DNA of 64,000 nucleotides from Eledone cirrhosa (lineage: Eukaryota). Location: assembly GCA_964016885.1 (NCBI GenBank), contig OZ024741.1, forward strand, positions 263,128,001 through 263,192,000, read 5' to 3'. The number at the start of each line of letters is the position of its first letter. Positions within the stretch are counted from its first letter, which is position 1. Below the pieces are notes generated by a model. It did no database searches, had not been told where the DNA came from, and saw only the letters and a program-made list of their open reading frames with translations. Below are positions 1 to 11,665 of this stretch, piece by piece. Both the position numbers and the translations under genes were made by a program.

Positions 1-418
1 ATATATATATATGTACACATACATACACATATATATATATATATATACATATATACATATACATATATACATATACATATCATCATCATCATCTTCGTAT
101 GTATGTGTAGATATATATATCTACACATACATACACATATATATTTATATATATATATATGTACACATACATACACATATATATATACATATATATTTAT
201 ATATATGTACACATACATACACATATATATAAATGTATATATATATATATATACATGTACACATACACATATGTACATATACACATACACATATATATAT
301 GTACACACATATATGTATGTATGTACACGTACACGTACACACATACATATATGTGTAGTTGGATGTGTCTATGTGTGTGTGTATATGTACACACATGATG
401 TACCAATGGCTGAGAGTG

Positions 419-456
<38 letters not shown>

Positions 457-672
457 TATGTGTGTGTATGTGTGTATATGTGTGTGTGTCTGTACACACA
501 CATGCACATACACACATCACACACATACATGACATACCAAGAGGGCCAACAAATATATATATGTGTGTGTGTGTATATATATATACACACACACAGACAT
601 ATGTATGTTTTCATACCCACACATACATTTTGCATACCACTGGCCCAGAGTGACAATGAATATATATATATG
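1..672. repeat. (TA)n/(CA)n microsatellite-rich tract
   Basis: Near-continuous TA/CA/TG dinucleotide runs; overlapping ORFs are YI/HT low-complexity translations. Confidence 0.95.
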
Positions 673-750
673 TATACGCGACCGACAAAGCATAAACGAA
701 TTGAGAGAGAGACTGAGCATAAGAGGAATCAAATGCTGTGTGCAGGAGAG
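673..750 (+). mobile_element. RTE LINE ORF fragment
   Basis: Translates IRDRQSINELRERLSIRGIKCCVQE, homologous to RERQSINELRKKLEIRGIRCC in the 1086-3990 copy. Confidence 0.8.
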
Positions 751-818
751 CTTCCAACAGTAATGGTCGCATTCTTTAAGGGTATGTCAATATTTATTTA
801 TAAAACTGATCTATATTA

Positions 819-883
819 TATTTTATCTGATGAAAGCACACCATAATTTAACTTGGTGTCCTTGAAATATGTATAATGAAATA
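819..883 (+). ncRNA. Minimal type-I hammerhead ribozyme (family A)
   Basis: tattttat-CTGATGA(827-833)-aagcacacca/tggtgtcctt stem II-GAAA(864-867)-tatgta-TA-atgaaata. Stem I pairs with one GU; ATATGTAT is self-complementary with GU pairs. Confidence 0.8.
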
Positions 884-923
884 AATATGGTTTTATAAAT
901 ATAGTTTCCATTTGTTAATATCG

Positions 924-961
<38 letters not shown>

Positions 962-1041
962 ATGAGTGTATATATATATAACTTTGATAGGTTTTGGCCA
1001 GTATTGGCCCAAGCCACGTCTAACTTAATAGCACCACCTGG

Positions 1042-1085
<44 letters not shown>

Positions 1086-1087
<2 letters not shown>

Positions 1088-3990
1088 AATCCACGGAGGC
1101 TATGGGTTTGGTACTAGAAATGAGGAAGGCTCCAGAATCCTGGAATTCTGTGATGCAAATAACCTAACTATCTGTAACACTAACTTCAAAAAACGAGACA
1201 ATCACTTGATCACCTACAGATCAGGGGAACATACCAGCCAGGTAGATTATATCCTTACCAGAAGACGTGACAGAGTGTCTGTTGTAAACACTAAATCCCT
1301 CCCCCATGAAGAATGCACCTCCCAACATAGACTCATAGTTAGTGACCTCATAGTCAGGACGAGACGTACTCGACAGCAGAAGAGGACTATCCTCAGGAGA
1401 AAAATATGGAAGCTAAAGGACCCCACAGCAAGAAATAAATTTAAAAGCATATTACTTGATGCTTTCGACAGTAAGGAAGAGCAATTAGAGTCGTACAATA
1501 TAGAGGAACAGTGGGAATTCCTGAAAGCAAACCTGCTGATGGCGGCAGACGAAGTCTGTGGCTGGAGCAGGCCTGTAGGCAGGAGGAGAGTAACATGGTG
1601 GTGGAACAGTAAGGTGGAGGAGTCAATTAAGGCCAAAAAGCAGGCTTGGAAAGTATGGCGGGATGGGGGGAGTAGAGAAGACTATCAAGTGGCCAGGAGG
1701 GAAGCTAGGAGACAAGTGTACTTCGCAAGAAGGGAAGCAGAGGAAAGAAAGTTTAAGCATGTTCTACAACGCGAGGACCAAAAACGTGAGGTGTTCAGGA
1801 TTGCTAGGCAATGTGTCAAGGAAAACCGTGATATTGTCGGGGAGAAGTGTGTACTTAATGATGATGGCGTACTTGCCATCACTGACGCTGATAAGAAGGT
1901 AGCTTGGAAGTGTCACTACGAAAGGCTACTAAATGAGGAGAATAAATGGGAGAAAGACAGTCTACCCCACATCGACCCAATAGAGGGACCAGCAGTGTTA
2001 GTCGAAGGTAGTATAATAAGTAAGGCAATCAAAGATATGAAGACGGGTAAGGCAGCTGGGCCTTCGGAAATAGTTGCTGAGATGCTGAAAGCCTCTGGAA
2101 TGGTGGGACACACCATGGTCACCCGGATAGTAAACCAAGTCATACTGAATGGGGTTGTTCCGAAGGACTGGCGTAGCAGCATCATCATTAACTTCTACAA
2201 AGGTAAAGGAGACGCCCTAGATAGGAGTAACTATAGAGGCATTAAATTAATCGACCAGGTCATGAAGGTCACGGAAAAAGTAATAGCGCAACTAATCAGA
2301 GAGAGAATCGATCTAAATGAAATGCAGCTCGGGTTTGTGTCAGGCAAAAGTACCACAGACGCTCTTTTCATTGTACGACAACTACAGGAGAAGTACCTAG
2401 CTAAAAGTAAACCCCTATACTTAGCTTTCGTCGACTTGGAGAAAGCCTTCGACAGAGTCCCCCGTTCCATTATCTGGTGGGCTCTTATAAAACTAGGTGT
2501 TGATGAATGGCTTGTGAGAGCTATACACCCATGTATAAAGAAACAGTCAGCAAGGTTAGAATTAACAACGAATATAGAGAAGAGTTTAGCGTAAAAGTTG
2601 GTGTTCACCAGGGTTCTGTTCTTAGCCCCCTACTATTTATTATTGCCCTTCAGGCTATAACAGTGGAGTTCAAGACCGGCTGCCCGTGGGAACTCCTATA
2701 CGCAGATGATCTAACGCTCATAGCTGAATCAATGGCCGAGCTAGAGAAGAAATTCCAAACATGGAAGCACGGCCTAGAATCAAAAGGCCTTAAAATTAAC
2801 CTGGTTAAGACTAAAGTTCTAGTTTGTAGGAAAGAAAATAGGGCGCCGGTCCCTTCCGGGAAATGGCCATGCTCAGTGTGTAGGAAAGGCGTAGGTAGAA
2901 ACTCCATTTTATGTCCCAAATGCAAAGTATGGGTGTATAAAAGATGTAGTGGGATCATAGGTAAGCTAACTAAGAACATAGATTTTACATGTGGCCGGTG
3001 CTCTGGTGCAATAAGTAGCAGCAAGTGCCCATTAAAATACTAGCTCTTTCAATTGCGCAGAGGGTTCTATAGAAATAGTGGACAGCTTCCGTTACCTGGG
3101 TGACAAAATCAGCAGTGGGGGAGGGTGCTCTGAAAGTACAGTAGCTAGAGTCTCCCTAAAAATGAAAGGCAGGCTGTATGATGCCTGCATACGAACAGCA
3201 ATGTTGCATGGCAGTGAGACCTGGGCATTGTGTGCAGAGGATATACACAGACTGGAGAGAAACGAAGCTTGCATGCTCCGCTGGATGTGTAATAGTAATG
3301 TACGTGAACGGCAAAGCATAAACGAACTAAGGAAAAAATTAGAAATAAGAGGGATCAGATGTTGTTTACTCGAGAGAAGACTACGTTGGTATGGTCACGT
3401 AATGCGCATGAAAGACGACAGCTGTATAAAAAAGTGCAGGGCAATAAAAATAGACGGTAGCCACGGAGTAGGCAGACCCAGAAAAACCTGGGACGACCTG
3501 ATAAACTCCGACCTCACACACTTACACCTCTCCAAGACAATGTCACTGGACCGAGATCTTTGGCGGCACTCAGTAATAGAGAAGACACACCTTACCTAAA
3601 TACAAAGTAAAACCTACTACAGTCAGTAGGCATCTCTAACAAAATACACCCCCGTCCCACCACCCCCACCCCATCCACACCGCCCCTTTCAATGTAAAGT
3701 TATGTTGGTGCCACAACATCCAGTCCGAATCAAATGAGATTGTGTAGGTGTCACGACAAAAAAACACACAGTCCACGCTGTAATATGGCCGTGTAGGCAA
3801 CACGGTAAAAACCTCCCAGTCCCACACTGTAAATGTGGTTGGTGTTAGGAAGGGCATCCAGCTGTAGAAAACCCGCCAGACAGTCCTATGCGAGCAAGAC
3901 AACCACTCTTGCCTCAAGTGGGAAAACTCCCGTCCAAACCCATGCAAGCGTGGAACATGGACGTTAAACGATGATGATGATGATGATGAT
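1086..3990 (+). mobile_element. 5'-truncated RTE-clade LINE (end of APE endonuclease, RT, PHD-like finger, 3' UTR, (GAT)n tail), frameshifted
   Basis: ORF pieces 1206-2594, 2507-3043 and 3078-3599 carry SQVDYIL/SQHRL (APE), FVDLEKAFDRVPR, GVHQGSVLSPLLF, LLYADDL and RRLRWYGHVMR..GRPRKTW. Ends ggacgttaaac(gat)n; flanked by (TA)n. Confidence 0.95.
1206..3599 (+). pseudogene. RTE reverse transcriptase ORF, disrupted
   Basis: Frameshift near 2520-2590, break near 3043, and an in-frame deletion near 3150 (VARV|SLKMKG versus VARVRTGWKKFRELIPLLAAKGFSLKMKG in other copies). Confidence 0.9.
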
Positions 3991-4003
3991 ATATATATAT
4001 ATA

Positions 4004-4751
4004 TTAGGAATAAGAGGGATCAGATGCTGATCAGTTGAAAGAGCTAGTATTCTGTGGACACTTGCTGCTACTTATTGCACCTGAGCACCGGCCACATATA
4101 AAATCTATATTCTTAGTTAGCTTACCTGTGATCCCACTACATCTTTTATGCACCCATACTTTGCATTTGGGACATAAAATGGAGTTTCTGCCTACTCCTT
4201 TCCTACACACTGAGCATGGCCATTTCCCAGATGGGACCGGTGCCCTATTTTCCTTCCTACAAACTAGAACTTTAGTCTTAGACAGGTTAATTTTAAGGCC
4301 TTTTGATTCTAGGCCATGCTTCCATGTTTGGAATTTCTTCTCTAGTTCAGCCATTGATTCAGCTATGAGCGTTAGATCATCTGCCTATAGAAGTTCCCAT
4401 GGGCAGCCGGTCTTGAACTCCTCTGTTATAGCCTGAAGGGCAATAATAAATAGTAGGGGGCTAAGAACGGAGCCCTGATGAACACCAACTTTTATGCTAA
4501 ACTCTTCACTATATTCATTGTTAATTCTAACCTTGCTGACTGTTTCTTTATACATGGCTTGTATAGCTCTCACAAGCCATTCATCAACACCTAGTTTTAT
4601 AAGAGCCCACCAGATAATGGAGCGGGGGACTCTGTCAAAGGCTTTCTCCAAGTCAACAAAAGCTAAGTATAGGGGTTTACTTTTAGCTAGGTACTTCTCC
4701 TGTAGTTGTCGTACAATGAAAAGAGCATCTGTGGTACTTTTACCTGACACA
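4004..4751 (-). mobile_element. RTE LINE internal fragment
   Basis: ORFs 4385-4750 and 4031-4354 match the RT and PHD-like region of the 1086 copy. 4004-4028 is a short opposite-orientation piece of the same element. Confidence 0.92.
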
Positions 4752-4836
4752 AAATATATATATATATATATAAATATATGCTTATATTATACGTGTGTTT
4801 ATATTATATATATGTTTAATATGTTTATGTGTGTGT

Positions 4837-4892
<56 letters not shown>

Positions 4893-5182
4893 CTACACAT
4901 ATTGGTTTCTTTGTGGGAGAGCTGCTGTTGCAAAACAATTAAACTTTGGCTGGCATATGGACTGTTTTACACTCACACACACGCACACACATAGACACAC
5001 ACACACAAATCACTATTGTTTAAATGCCTGAAAAATTGAAATGTTCATGAATGTGTGAGTATGTACATGTGCGCATGTGTAACTGTAAGAAAAATACTGT
5101 ATATGCAGATATATATATATTACCAGAATTGATAACAGAACACACTCACTGTTTGGTTGGTTTTATATATATATATATATAT

Positions 5183-6745
5183 ATTAATTCAAAATATTAA
5201 CAAAATAGATATTCTTGTGATCAAGTATATTTTATTATACATATTTCAGAGGTACTGAACAAAATAAGATGATGCATGACATTCCTTGACATAGTAGATG
5301 GTTAAGATTCAGTCATGGTAGTGAGTAATATATGACAAAACTCAATATTTATATACCTTAATATTGAAAACATGAAAAAAACTACATATAATACATATAA
5401 TAGAGAGGGTGCGTGTGAGAAAGCTTAAAAAATACATGGCAGCAATATAAATGTTAAATATTCAAATAATTTAAATTACTGAAGAAAGAGGAAAGAAAAG
5501 AAAGGCATAGAGGAAGAAACAGTATTACTTAATTTAATTTATTTTAATTAAAGTCGGGTTACCATCGGGTCATTCAAATCCTTAGCTCCTCTTTCTATCA
5601 TCTTCGTGGACACTTTAGAAGTGTTGTTTGTCTACTATATAAATTTAAAAAAAAACCTCTTGCATTTTAAACTATATGTTTTAATATTGGGCACTTTTAT
5701 GATCACAAACAATTCATTATTTTTACTTTTTTCCCTTTTTATTTTGCATCTAATCCTTATCCTTAGGACTCATCAAGTTTTGACTTGTATATTTATAATA
5801 TATATCTATTAAATTATCCTATTACAATATTGTATTATGTTATGTCTATTTGAGAGGTATTATCTTAAGTCTTTAGACAATATAATCTTTGTGTATTTTT
5901 TTGATAAACGCATATATATAATTTAATAATCAGACTTTTTTAAGTTTAATTACAAGGCCTGTTGATCCTTTAGGCATTCAAATTATTAATCTTAAAATTC
6001 TTTAAAAATTATAACTGTAATTATTTTCTAAATTATATAATATAAACTGTTTTCAATATAATATAAATAATTTAATATTGTATAATAAATTTAGTAAAGT
6101 TTACCTTCGTGAGGATGTAAAATGAATTGAATTTTTTCCTTTTTCCTAAAGCTAAGCCCAAATGTTGTTCTAATTTAATATCTCCATATATTATTACACT
6201 ATATAAGTTATTTCTCTTTATCTCTCTCTCTCTGTAATCAACTCTCCTTTGTTTTCTATGCTCCTACTAGTTATATTATCCCATCTGTTTCTTCCTCTAT
6301 GCCTTTCTTTTCTTTCCTCTTTCTTCAGTAATTTAAATTATTTGAATATTTAACAGTTATATTGCTGCCATGTATTTTTTAAGCTTTCTCACACGCACCC
6401 TCTCTATTATATGTATTATATGTAGTTTTTTTCATGTTTTCAATATTAAGGTATATAAATATTGAGTTTTGTCATATCTTACTCACTACCATGACTGAAT
6501 CTTAACCATCTACTATGTCAGGGTATGTCATGCATCATCTTATTTTATCTGATGAGGACGTACTGTTGAAGTTAACTCAGTACCTCTAAAATATGTATAA
6601 TAAAATATACTTGATCACAAGAATATCTATTTTGTTAATATTTTGAATTAATATTAATAACTCCGGAAAACCAAATCTGTTGAGTGCTTCCAATCTATTG
6701 TAAAACTCATTCTTTGATTTATTCATTGAACCTTGTTTAACCTTT
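5183..6745. mobile_element. Penelope-like inverted pseudo-LTR pair with AT-rich spacer and one-sided tail
   Basis: ~5183-5523 is the reverse complement of ~6285-6652. Each arm has a hammerhead remnant; the right arm continues into a unique tail to ~6745. Confidence 0.7.
6541..6607 (+). ncRNA. Hammerhead ribozyme motif (family A), core GAAA mutated to AAAA
   Basis: tattttat-CTGATGA(6549-6555)-ggacgtactg...cagtacctct-AAAA-tatgta-TA-ataaaata. The inverted partner at 5227-5270 keeps GAAA but has lost CTGATGA. Confidence 0.65.
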
Positions 6746-6766
6746 AAATATATATATATAGAGAGA

Positions 6767-6817
<51 letters not shown>

Positions 6818-6846
6818 AATTAAAAGATGGTTAAAAGAGTTCCATA

Positions 6847-6917
6847 TATTTTATTATGCGCATTTCAAAAACAAATATCATCCTGGGACGATAATTGCAT
6901 TCTCATCAGATAAAATA
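6847..6917 (-). ncRNA. Minimal hammerhead ribozyme
   Basis: Reverse strand reads tattttat-CTGATGA-gaatgcaattatcgtc ccag gatgatatttgttttt-GAAA-tgcgca-TA-ataaaata. Confidence 0.85.
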
Positions 6918-7018
6918 AGGTAACATGATATGATACCTAAAAACACTTGTGAACAAGGAAGTGTACAGTCAACACTTTCTTGTTCACAAGTGTTTTTAGG
7001 CATCATATCATGTTACCT

Positions 7019-7089
7019 TATTTTATCTGATGAGAACGCAATTATCGTCCCAGGATGATATTTGTTTTTGAAATGCGCATAATAAAATA
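7019..7089 (+). ncRNA. Minimal hammerhead ribozyme
   Basis: tattttat-CTGATGA(7027-7033)-stem II-GAAA(7070-7073)-tgcgca-TA-ataaaata; stem III ATGCGCAT is a perfect palindrome. Confidence 0.85.
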
Positions 7090-7331
7090 TATGGAACTCT
7101 TTTAACCATCTTTTAATTTCTTCTATATATACTCCAGTTCTATCAACTGTTGAGTGCTACTTATCTGATATATGCATAGTTTTATAGTTCTACAATAAAA
7201 ATCACCTCCTACATTATATATATATATATATATCTGTATTAATTTGATATGGCTAAGTGGTGAACCTTGATATCTGGACTTTCATCTGTGCACTTGAGGA
7301 TAATCAATATATATATATTTAATATAGAAAA

Positions 7332-7380
7332 GCTTCTACAGGACTAGATCTGTTTCATTCGTGAGAAATCATCAGGAAGC
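7332..7380 (-). ncRNA. Hammerhead ribozyme (family B)
   Basis: Reverse strand reads gcttc-CTGATGA-tttc tcac gaat-GAAA-cag atctagtc ctg-TA-gaagc. Confidence 0.75.
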
Positions 7381-7422
7381 TGACTGTCCAAGTAAATACC
7401 ACCATATTTACTTGGACAGTCA

Positions 7423-7471
7423 GCTTCCTGATGATTTCTCATGAATGAAACAGTTCTAGTCCTGTCGAAGC
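7423..7471 (+). ncRNA. Hammerhead ribozyme (family B)
   Basis: gcttc-CTGATGA(7428-7434)-tttc tcat gaat-GAAA-cag ttctagtc ctg-TC-gaagc. Confidence 0.78.
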
Positions 7472-7560
7472 TTTTCTATATTAAACATTTATACTCTGCT
7501 ATGTATTGAGTACCTTACTTACTGTGGTTGCCCCCGATTGAACCAGGAATAAATTATATA

Positions 7561-7615
<55 letters not shown>

Positions 7616-7797
7616 GCAGGAGGTGTGGTAAGAAACCAGATGGACAATAAAGCACCAGAGTACGCAATACTTAGAGTAGTAGAGTGGGTAATAGAAAAAT
7701 GTATGACCCCGACAGCAGAGCTCAAGCCATCTCGACGTCGAAACGACTTGAGATCTGCCGTTGGGGTCATACATTTTCCTATATATATATATATATA

Positions 7798-9096
7798 CAG
7801 GGTCCGGACGATATTTGTTCGCAAGATTACTGTCTAGGAAAAAATAACACAGTAGTTTTATTTTTTAAGATTTATCAAACTTGGGTCAGTTTGTCTTCAT
7901 GACTTGTTCTTTCGATCTCACTCGATAAACCCGCCATTCACTTTGTTGACGGTCTCAAGGCGGCCTAGGAACCGGCGGTAGGCCTTCATCACTGTCCCCC
8001 GACTTAGGCCCCTAAAGACACTTGTGATCCTGGCCTTCAGATTGTCTTTCATATTGCAGCTAGATCTGTTGGTGTCTCGTTCCACTACGCCCCATACAAA
8101 GAAGTCGAGGGGGTTGCAGTCAGGCGAGCTGGGAGGCCAGATGTCAGGTGAAGTGTGGTCGACGAAGTTCTCTGACAGCCAGGCTTAGGTCTTTCGGCTG
8201 GTATGGCAGGGCGCTGAGTCTTGCTGCCACGGGTACGGCCTACCTGCAGCTACCTGGTCGATCCAGGGCTTTACTACTTCACTCAGAACACGGATGTAGC
8301 CATCGGTGTTCAGCTTGAGGCCCTCAGGGAAGAGGTGAGGTGGCATGATGTCACCTTGACTGCTGAAGACACCTAAGACCAATGTTGTTGCTGGAAACTT
8401 TGTCTGCATGACTCTGGGCACGTCTTTGGATGAGACAGCGAGCCACATGTTGTTCTGAGAGTTGATCTTCTGGTCTTGGCAGAAGTTTTTCTCGTTTGAG
8501 AAAAACCACAGCATGTCTGGCTCCAGTGGATGTTTCAACTTGTTGATCAGCTTCTTTGTGTACTTCAGTCGCTTTTCTTGCATCGCCTTTTACAGAAATT
8601 GTCCTTTCCACATCTTGTATGAAACATAGCGAATGTCTTCATGTACCACCAGCCTAATGAGCTTTTCATCCACACCATTCTCCCTTGCAATGGCTTCGAC
8701 TTGCTAGGTTCATTGTTGATGATATCCTGAACTTCAGCGACGAACTCGGGCGTTCTGAAGGCGTCAGATCGTCGATCCTGTGTTTTCTTCTCTGATGTTG
8801 CTTTGTAGTCGAATCCTGAATCTTCCAATTCCTTTCTGACCTTTTCCACCATTCTCCTGCTGACGCTGAGAAAGTCTGAAATTTCCTTATTTGTCCTCCC
8901 GGCGCGGATTCCAAGAAGAACTCTGTGTCTCTTCCACAAATTTGGAGGTTCAAAATTATTCATAATCAATTATTCTGAAAATAAATAATGGAAATATAGT
9001 CACTGTTTTTATGAAGACAAGAGTGACAACGGAAGTAAAAGAAATTTGCATAAAATTAGCAGTTGAAAATTGCGAACAAATATCGTTCACACCCTG
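7798..9096 (-). mobile_element. Tc1/mariner DNA transposon, DD37D (maT) family, full length
   Basis: Imperfect TIRs cagggtccggacgatatttgttcgcaa / ttgcgaacaaatatcgttcacaccctg, TA on both flanks, ~1.3 kb long. Confidence 0.93.
7918..8963 (-). pseudogene. DD37D transposase pseudogene
   Basis: HTH-like N-terminus; WFFSNEKNF (first catalytic D>N); QQD-37 aa-D (WPPSSPDCNPLD); frameshifts plus an internal TAA at 8185-8187; ends GGFIE*. Confidence 0.9.
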
Positions 9097-9128
<32 letters not shown>

Positions 9129-9130
9129 TA

Positions 9131-9210
9131 TATTGTTATACTTGGGGAGGGTCATATTGTTGTAATAATATTGCCAGAATTGATAACAGAACACACTCAC
9201 TGTCAGGTTG

Positions 9211-9215
<5 letters not shown>
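9131..9215 (-). repeat. Short dispersed tail repeat (tgttatacttggggagggtcata...)
   Basis: Related copies at ~5121-5164, 16762-16840, 17215-17270 and 60773-60825. At 17215 and 60773 it is the tail of a hammerhead-like element. Confidence 0.65.
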
Positions 9216-9250
<35 letters not shown>

Positions 9251-9253
<3 letters not shown>

Positions 9254-9544
9254 GTATTAATTTGATATGGCTAAGTGGTGAACCTTGATATCTGGACTTT
9301 CATCTGTGCACTTGAGGATAATCAATATATATATATATAATATAGAAAAGCTTCTACAGGAAAAATCATCAGGAAGCTGACTGTCCAAGTCAATATGGTG
9401 GTATTTACTTGGACAGTCAGCTTCCTGATGATTTCTCACGAATGAAACAGTTCTAGTCCTGTAGAAGCTTTTCTATATTAAACATTTATACTCTGCTATG
9501 TATTGAGTACCTTACTTACTGTGGTTGCCCCCGATTGAACCTGG

Positions 9545-9603
<59 letters not shown>

Positions 9604-9768
9604 GAAGGACGTGTGGTAAGGAACCAGATGGACAATAACGCACCAGAGTACTCAATACTTAGAGTAGTAGAGTTCGTAATAGGAAAATGTATGACCCCAA
9701 CGGCAGAGCTCAAGCCGTTTTGACGTCGAAACGGCTTGAGCTCTGCCGTCGGGGTCATACATTTTCCT
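9251..9768. repeat. Composite unit copy 2
   Basis: Direct repeat of 7233-7780; the left hammerhead arm is partly deleted. Confidence 0.85.
9420..9468 (+). ncRNA. Hammerhead ribozyme (family B)
   Basis: gcttc-CTGATGA-tttc tcac gaat-GAAA-cag ttctagtc ctg-TA-gaagc. Confidence 0.78.
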
Positions 9769-9776
9769 ATATATAT

Positions 9777-9848
<72 letters not shown>

Positions 9849-10214
9849 CATAGCTGTGTGGCCAAAGTGTTGGCTTAAAAATATATGGCACCTTGGTCAA
9901 GTGTCTTCTATTAACACCGCAGGTTGACCAATGCCTTGTGAGTGGAATCTGGTAGACGGAGACTGTGAGGAAGCCCATTATGCTGTGAGTGTGTACATTT
10001 AAAGCAACAACAACAACAACAACAGCTACAACTACAACATGAAACACAACTGACTGCCACTTAACTGATCATTTGTGGTGACATCTGGTGAATGTTACAT
10101 AGAGAGAGAGGGTGAGGAATGTAGGAAAGTGGGGGGAGCATGTGGGGGAGGAGGAGGAAGAAGATAGGTGAGGGAGGAGGAGGTCAGGTTGGGAGGAGGG
10201 TGAGTGGAGGAGTG

Positions 10215-10383
10215 TATAGACAGAATAGAGAAGGCGTTTCCCCCGGAGGATGGTGAGGGAGACATGGTGGATGAGCCATTCCACCTCGTGAGGCTCACTC
10301 CTGCAGTTAGCCAACTCCATGCTGATGGTGGTAAGTAGGGAGGTGGCCCTAGGGCCAAGGACACCAGAAGTTTCCATTGCTAG
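10215..10383 (-). mobile_element. CRE-clade LINE 3' fragment (restriction-like endonuclease end)
   Basis: METSGVLGPRATSLL...HVSLTILRG(NAFSIL) matches the ETxGxxG...RLSIAIQRGNA..IL C-terminus of RLE-encoding CRE elements; paralogous to 52390-52640. Confidence 0.65.
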
Positions 10384-10759
10384 ATTGTTTCTGGCAGGTT
10401 GGTATCAAAAGGGGTTAAAATCTTATATCAAAACAAAATCGAGAGAGGAGGGGGGGGGGGGGGGGAAGATGGAAAACATTGAATGTGGAAATGAATAATT
10501 GATTGATTGAACAATTCGCAAATTGCTTGTTGGTGTCTTTTAAGTTGTAAAGAAAGATAGTTGTTGTTGTTGTGAAAGATAGGGTTAGAAATAGAAGCAG
10601 GTGAATGTCTGTCTTTGAATCTGGTGTTATAGAGTATTGTGAAGAATTATTGAATAATGGATGGATGAATGGAAGAAGGGGGTACGGGGGGTGAGGAGGA
10701 GGAGGGTGATGAGGAGGAGGGTGAGGAAGAGGGGGAGGGGGAGGAATAATAATAATAAT

Positions 10760-10792
<33 letters not shown>

Positions 10793-10884
10793 AAGAAGAA
10801 GAAAGAGGAGGGGAAGGTAAGGGAGGAATATAAGGGGGAGAAGGAGGAGGAAAATGAAGAAGAAAAGAAGAGATAAGGAGAGAA

Positions 10885-11435
10885 TGCCATGGTAAAATAC
10901 AACAAGTACACTCTGTAAATGGTAGTGTTGGTGCCATGATAAAATACACCCATTACACTCTGTAAAATGGTAGTGTTGGTGTCATGATAGAATGCATCCA
11001 GTATACTTTGTATATAGTGCTACAATAAAATACACCCAGTACACTCTGTAAAGTGGTAATGCTAGTACCATGGTAAAATGCACCTAGTACACTCTGTAAA
11101 GCGGTAGTGTTGGTAACATGATAAAGTACACCCAGTACACTGTAATATGATAGTGCTGGTAACATGATAAAATACACCCAGTGCACTGTAATATGGTAGT
11201 GCTGGTGCCACATTAAAATGCTCCCAGTATACTTTGTAAAGTGGTAATGCTGGTGCTATGACAGAATACACCCAGTACACTCTGTAAATTAGTAATGCTG
11301 GTGCTATGACAGAATACATGCAGTACACTCTGCAATGTGATAATGCTGGAGCCACAATAAAATACACCCAGAATATTTTGTAATGCAGTAGTGCTGGTGC
11401 TATGATAAACTGCACCAAGTACACTCTGTAAAGTG
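10885..11435. repeat. Degenerate minisatellite, ~46-48 bp unit
   Basis: Recurring gtacactctgtaaa...gtgctggtgc...ataaaatacaccca. Confidence 0.85.
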
Positions 11436-11554
11436 ATAGAACTGATGATGGTGATGATGGTGATGATGGTGATGATAAACAGTTTTTATATCATTACGAC
11501 AGTGTCGGGGAAGAGTCAAGTAATTTGTTATCAAAAGAGTTACATTTTACTTAC

Positions 11555-11665
11555 TGAAAATCTGCTTTTGACAGGCTGAAGTTTATCACTGGAGGTACAC
11601 ATGGTAGGAAGTTTGAATTCCTCTGGGTTGGAGAGGCTGCTCTCTTGTGATGGAATGGTTGTCAT
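11555..11665 (-). CDS. Candidate first coding segment of an unidentified host gene (exon 11555-11827)
   Basis: Acceptor ttttcttctcactttatttttcag|11827; ACCATG start; 37 codons MTTIPSQESSLSNPEEFKLPTMCTSSDKLQPVKSRFS; phase-0 donor |gtaagt; non-repetitive sequence. Confidence 0.45.

Larger units (their letters stand above)
6813..7214. mobile_element. Inverted repeat carrying two divergent hammerheads plus one-sided tail
   Basis: ~6813-6958 is the reverse complement of ~6978-7123; tail 7124-7214; inserted between (GA)n and (TA)n. Confidence 0.8.
7233..7780. repeat. Composite unit copy 1 (family-B hammerhead palindrome, (TA)n, half-hammerhead hairpin element)
   Basis: Near-identical in order and orientation to 9251-9768. 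Confidence 0.85.

Noticed and set aside
1-846. Many ORFs rich in Y/I/H/T/C/V, here and at 12.4-16.4, 24.0-24.5 and 55.5-55.9 kb
   Set aside because: Translations of stop-free dinucleotide microsatellites in several frames; no domain signal.
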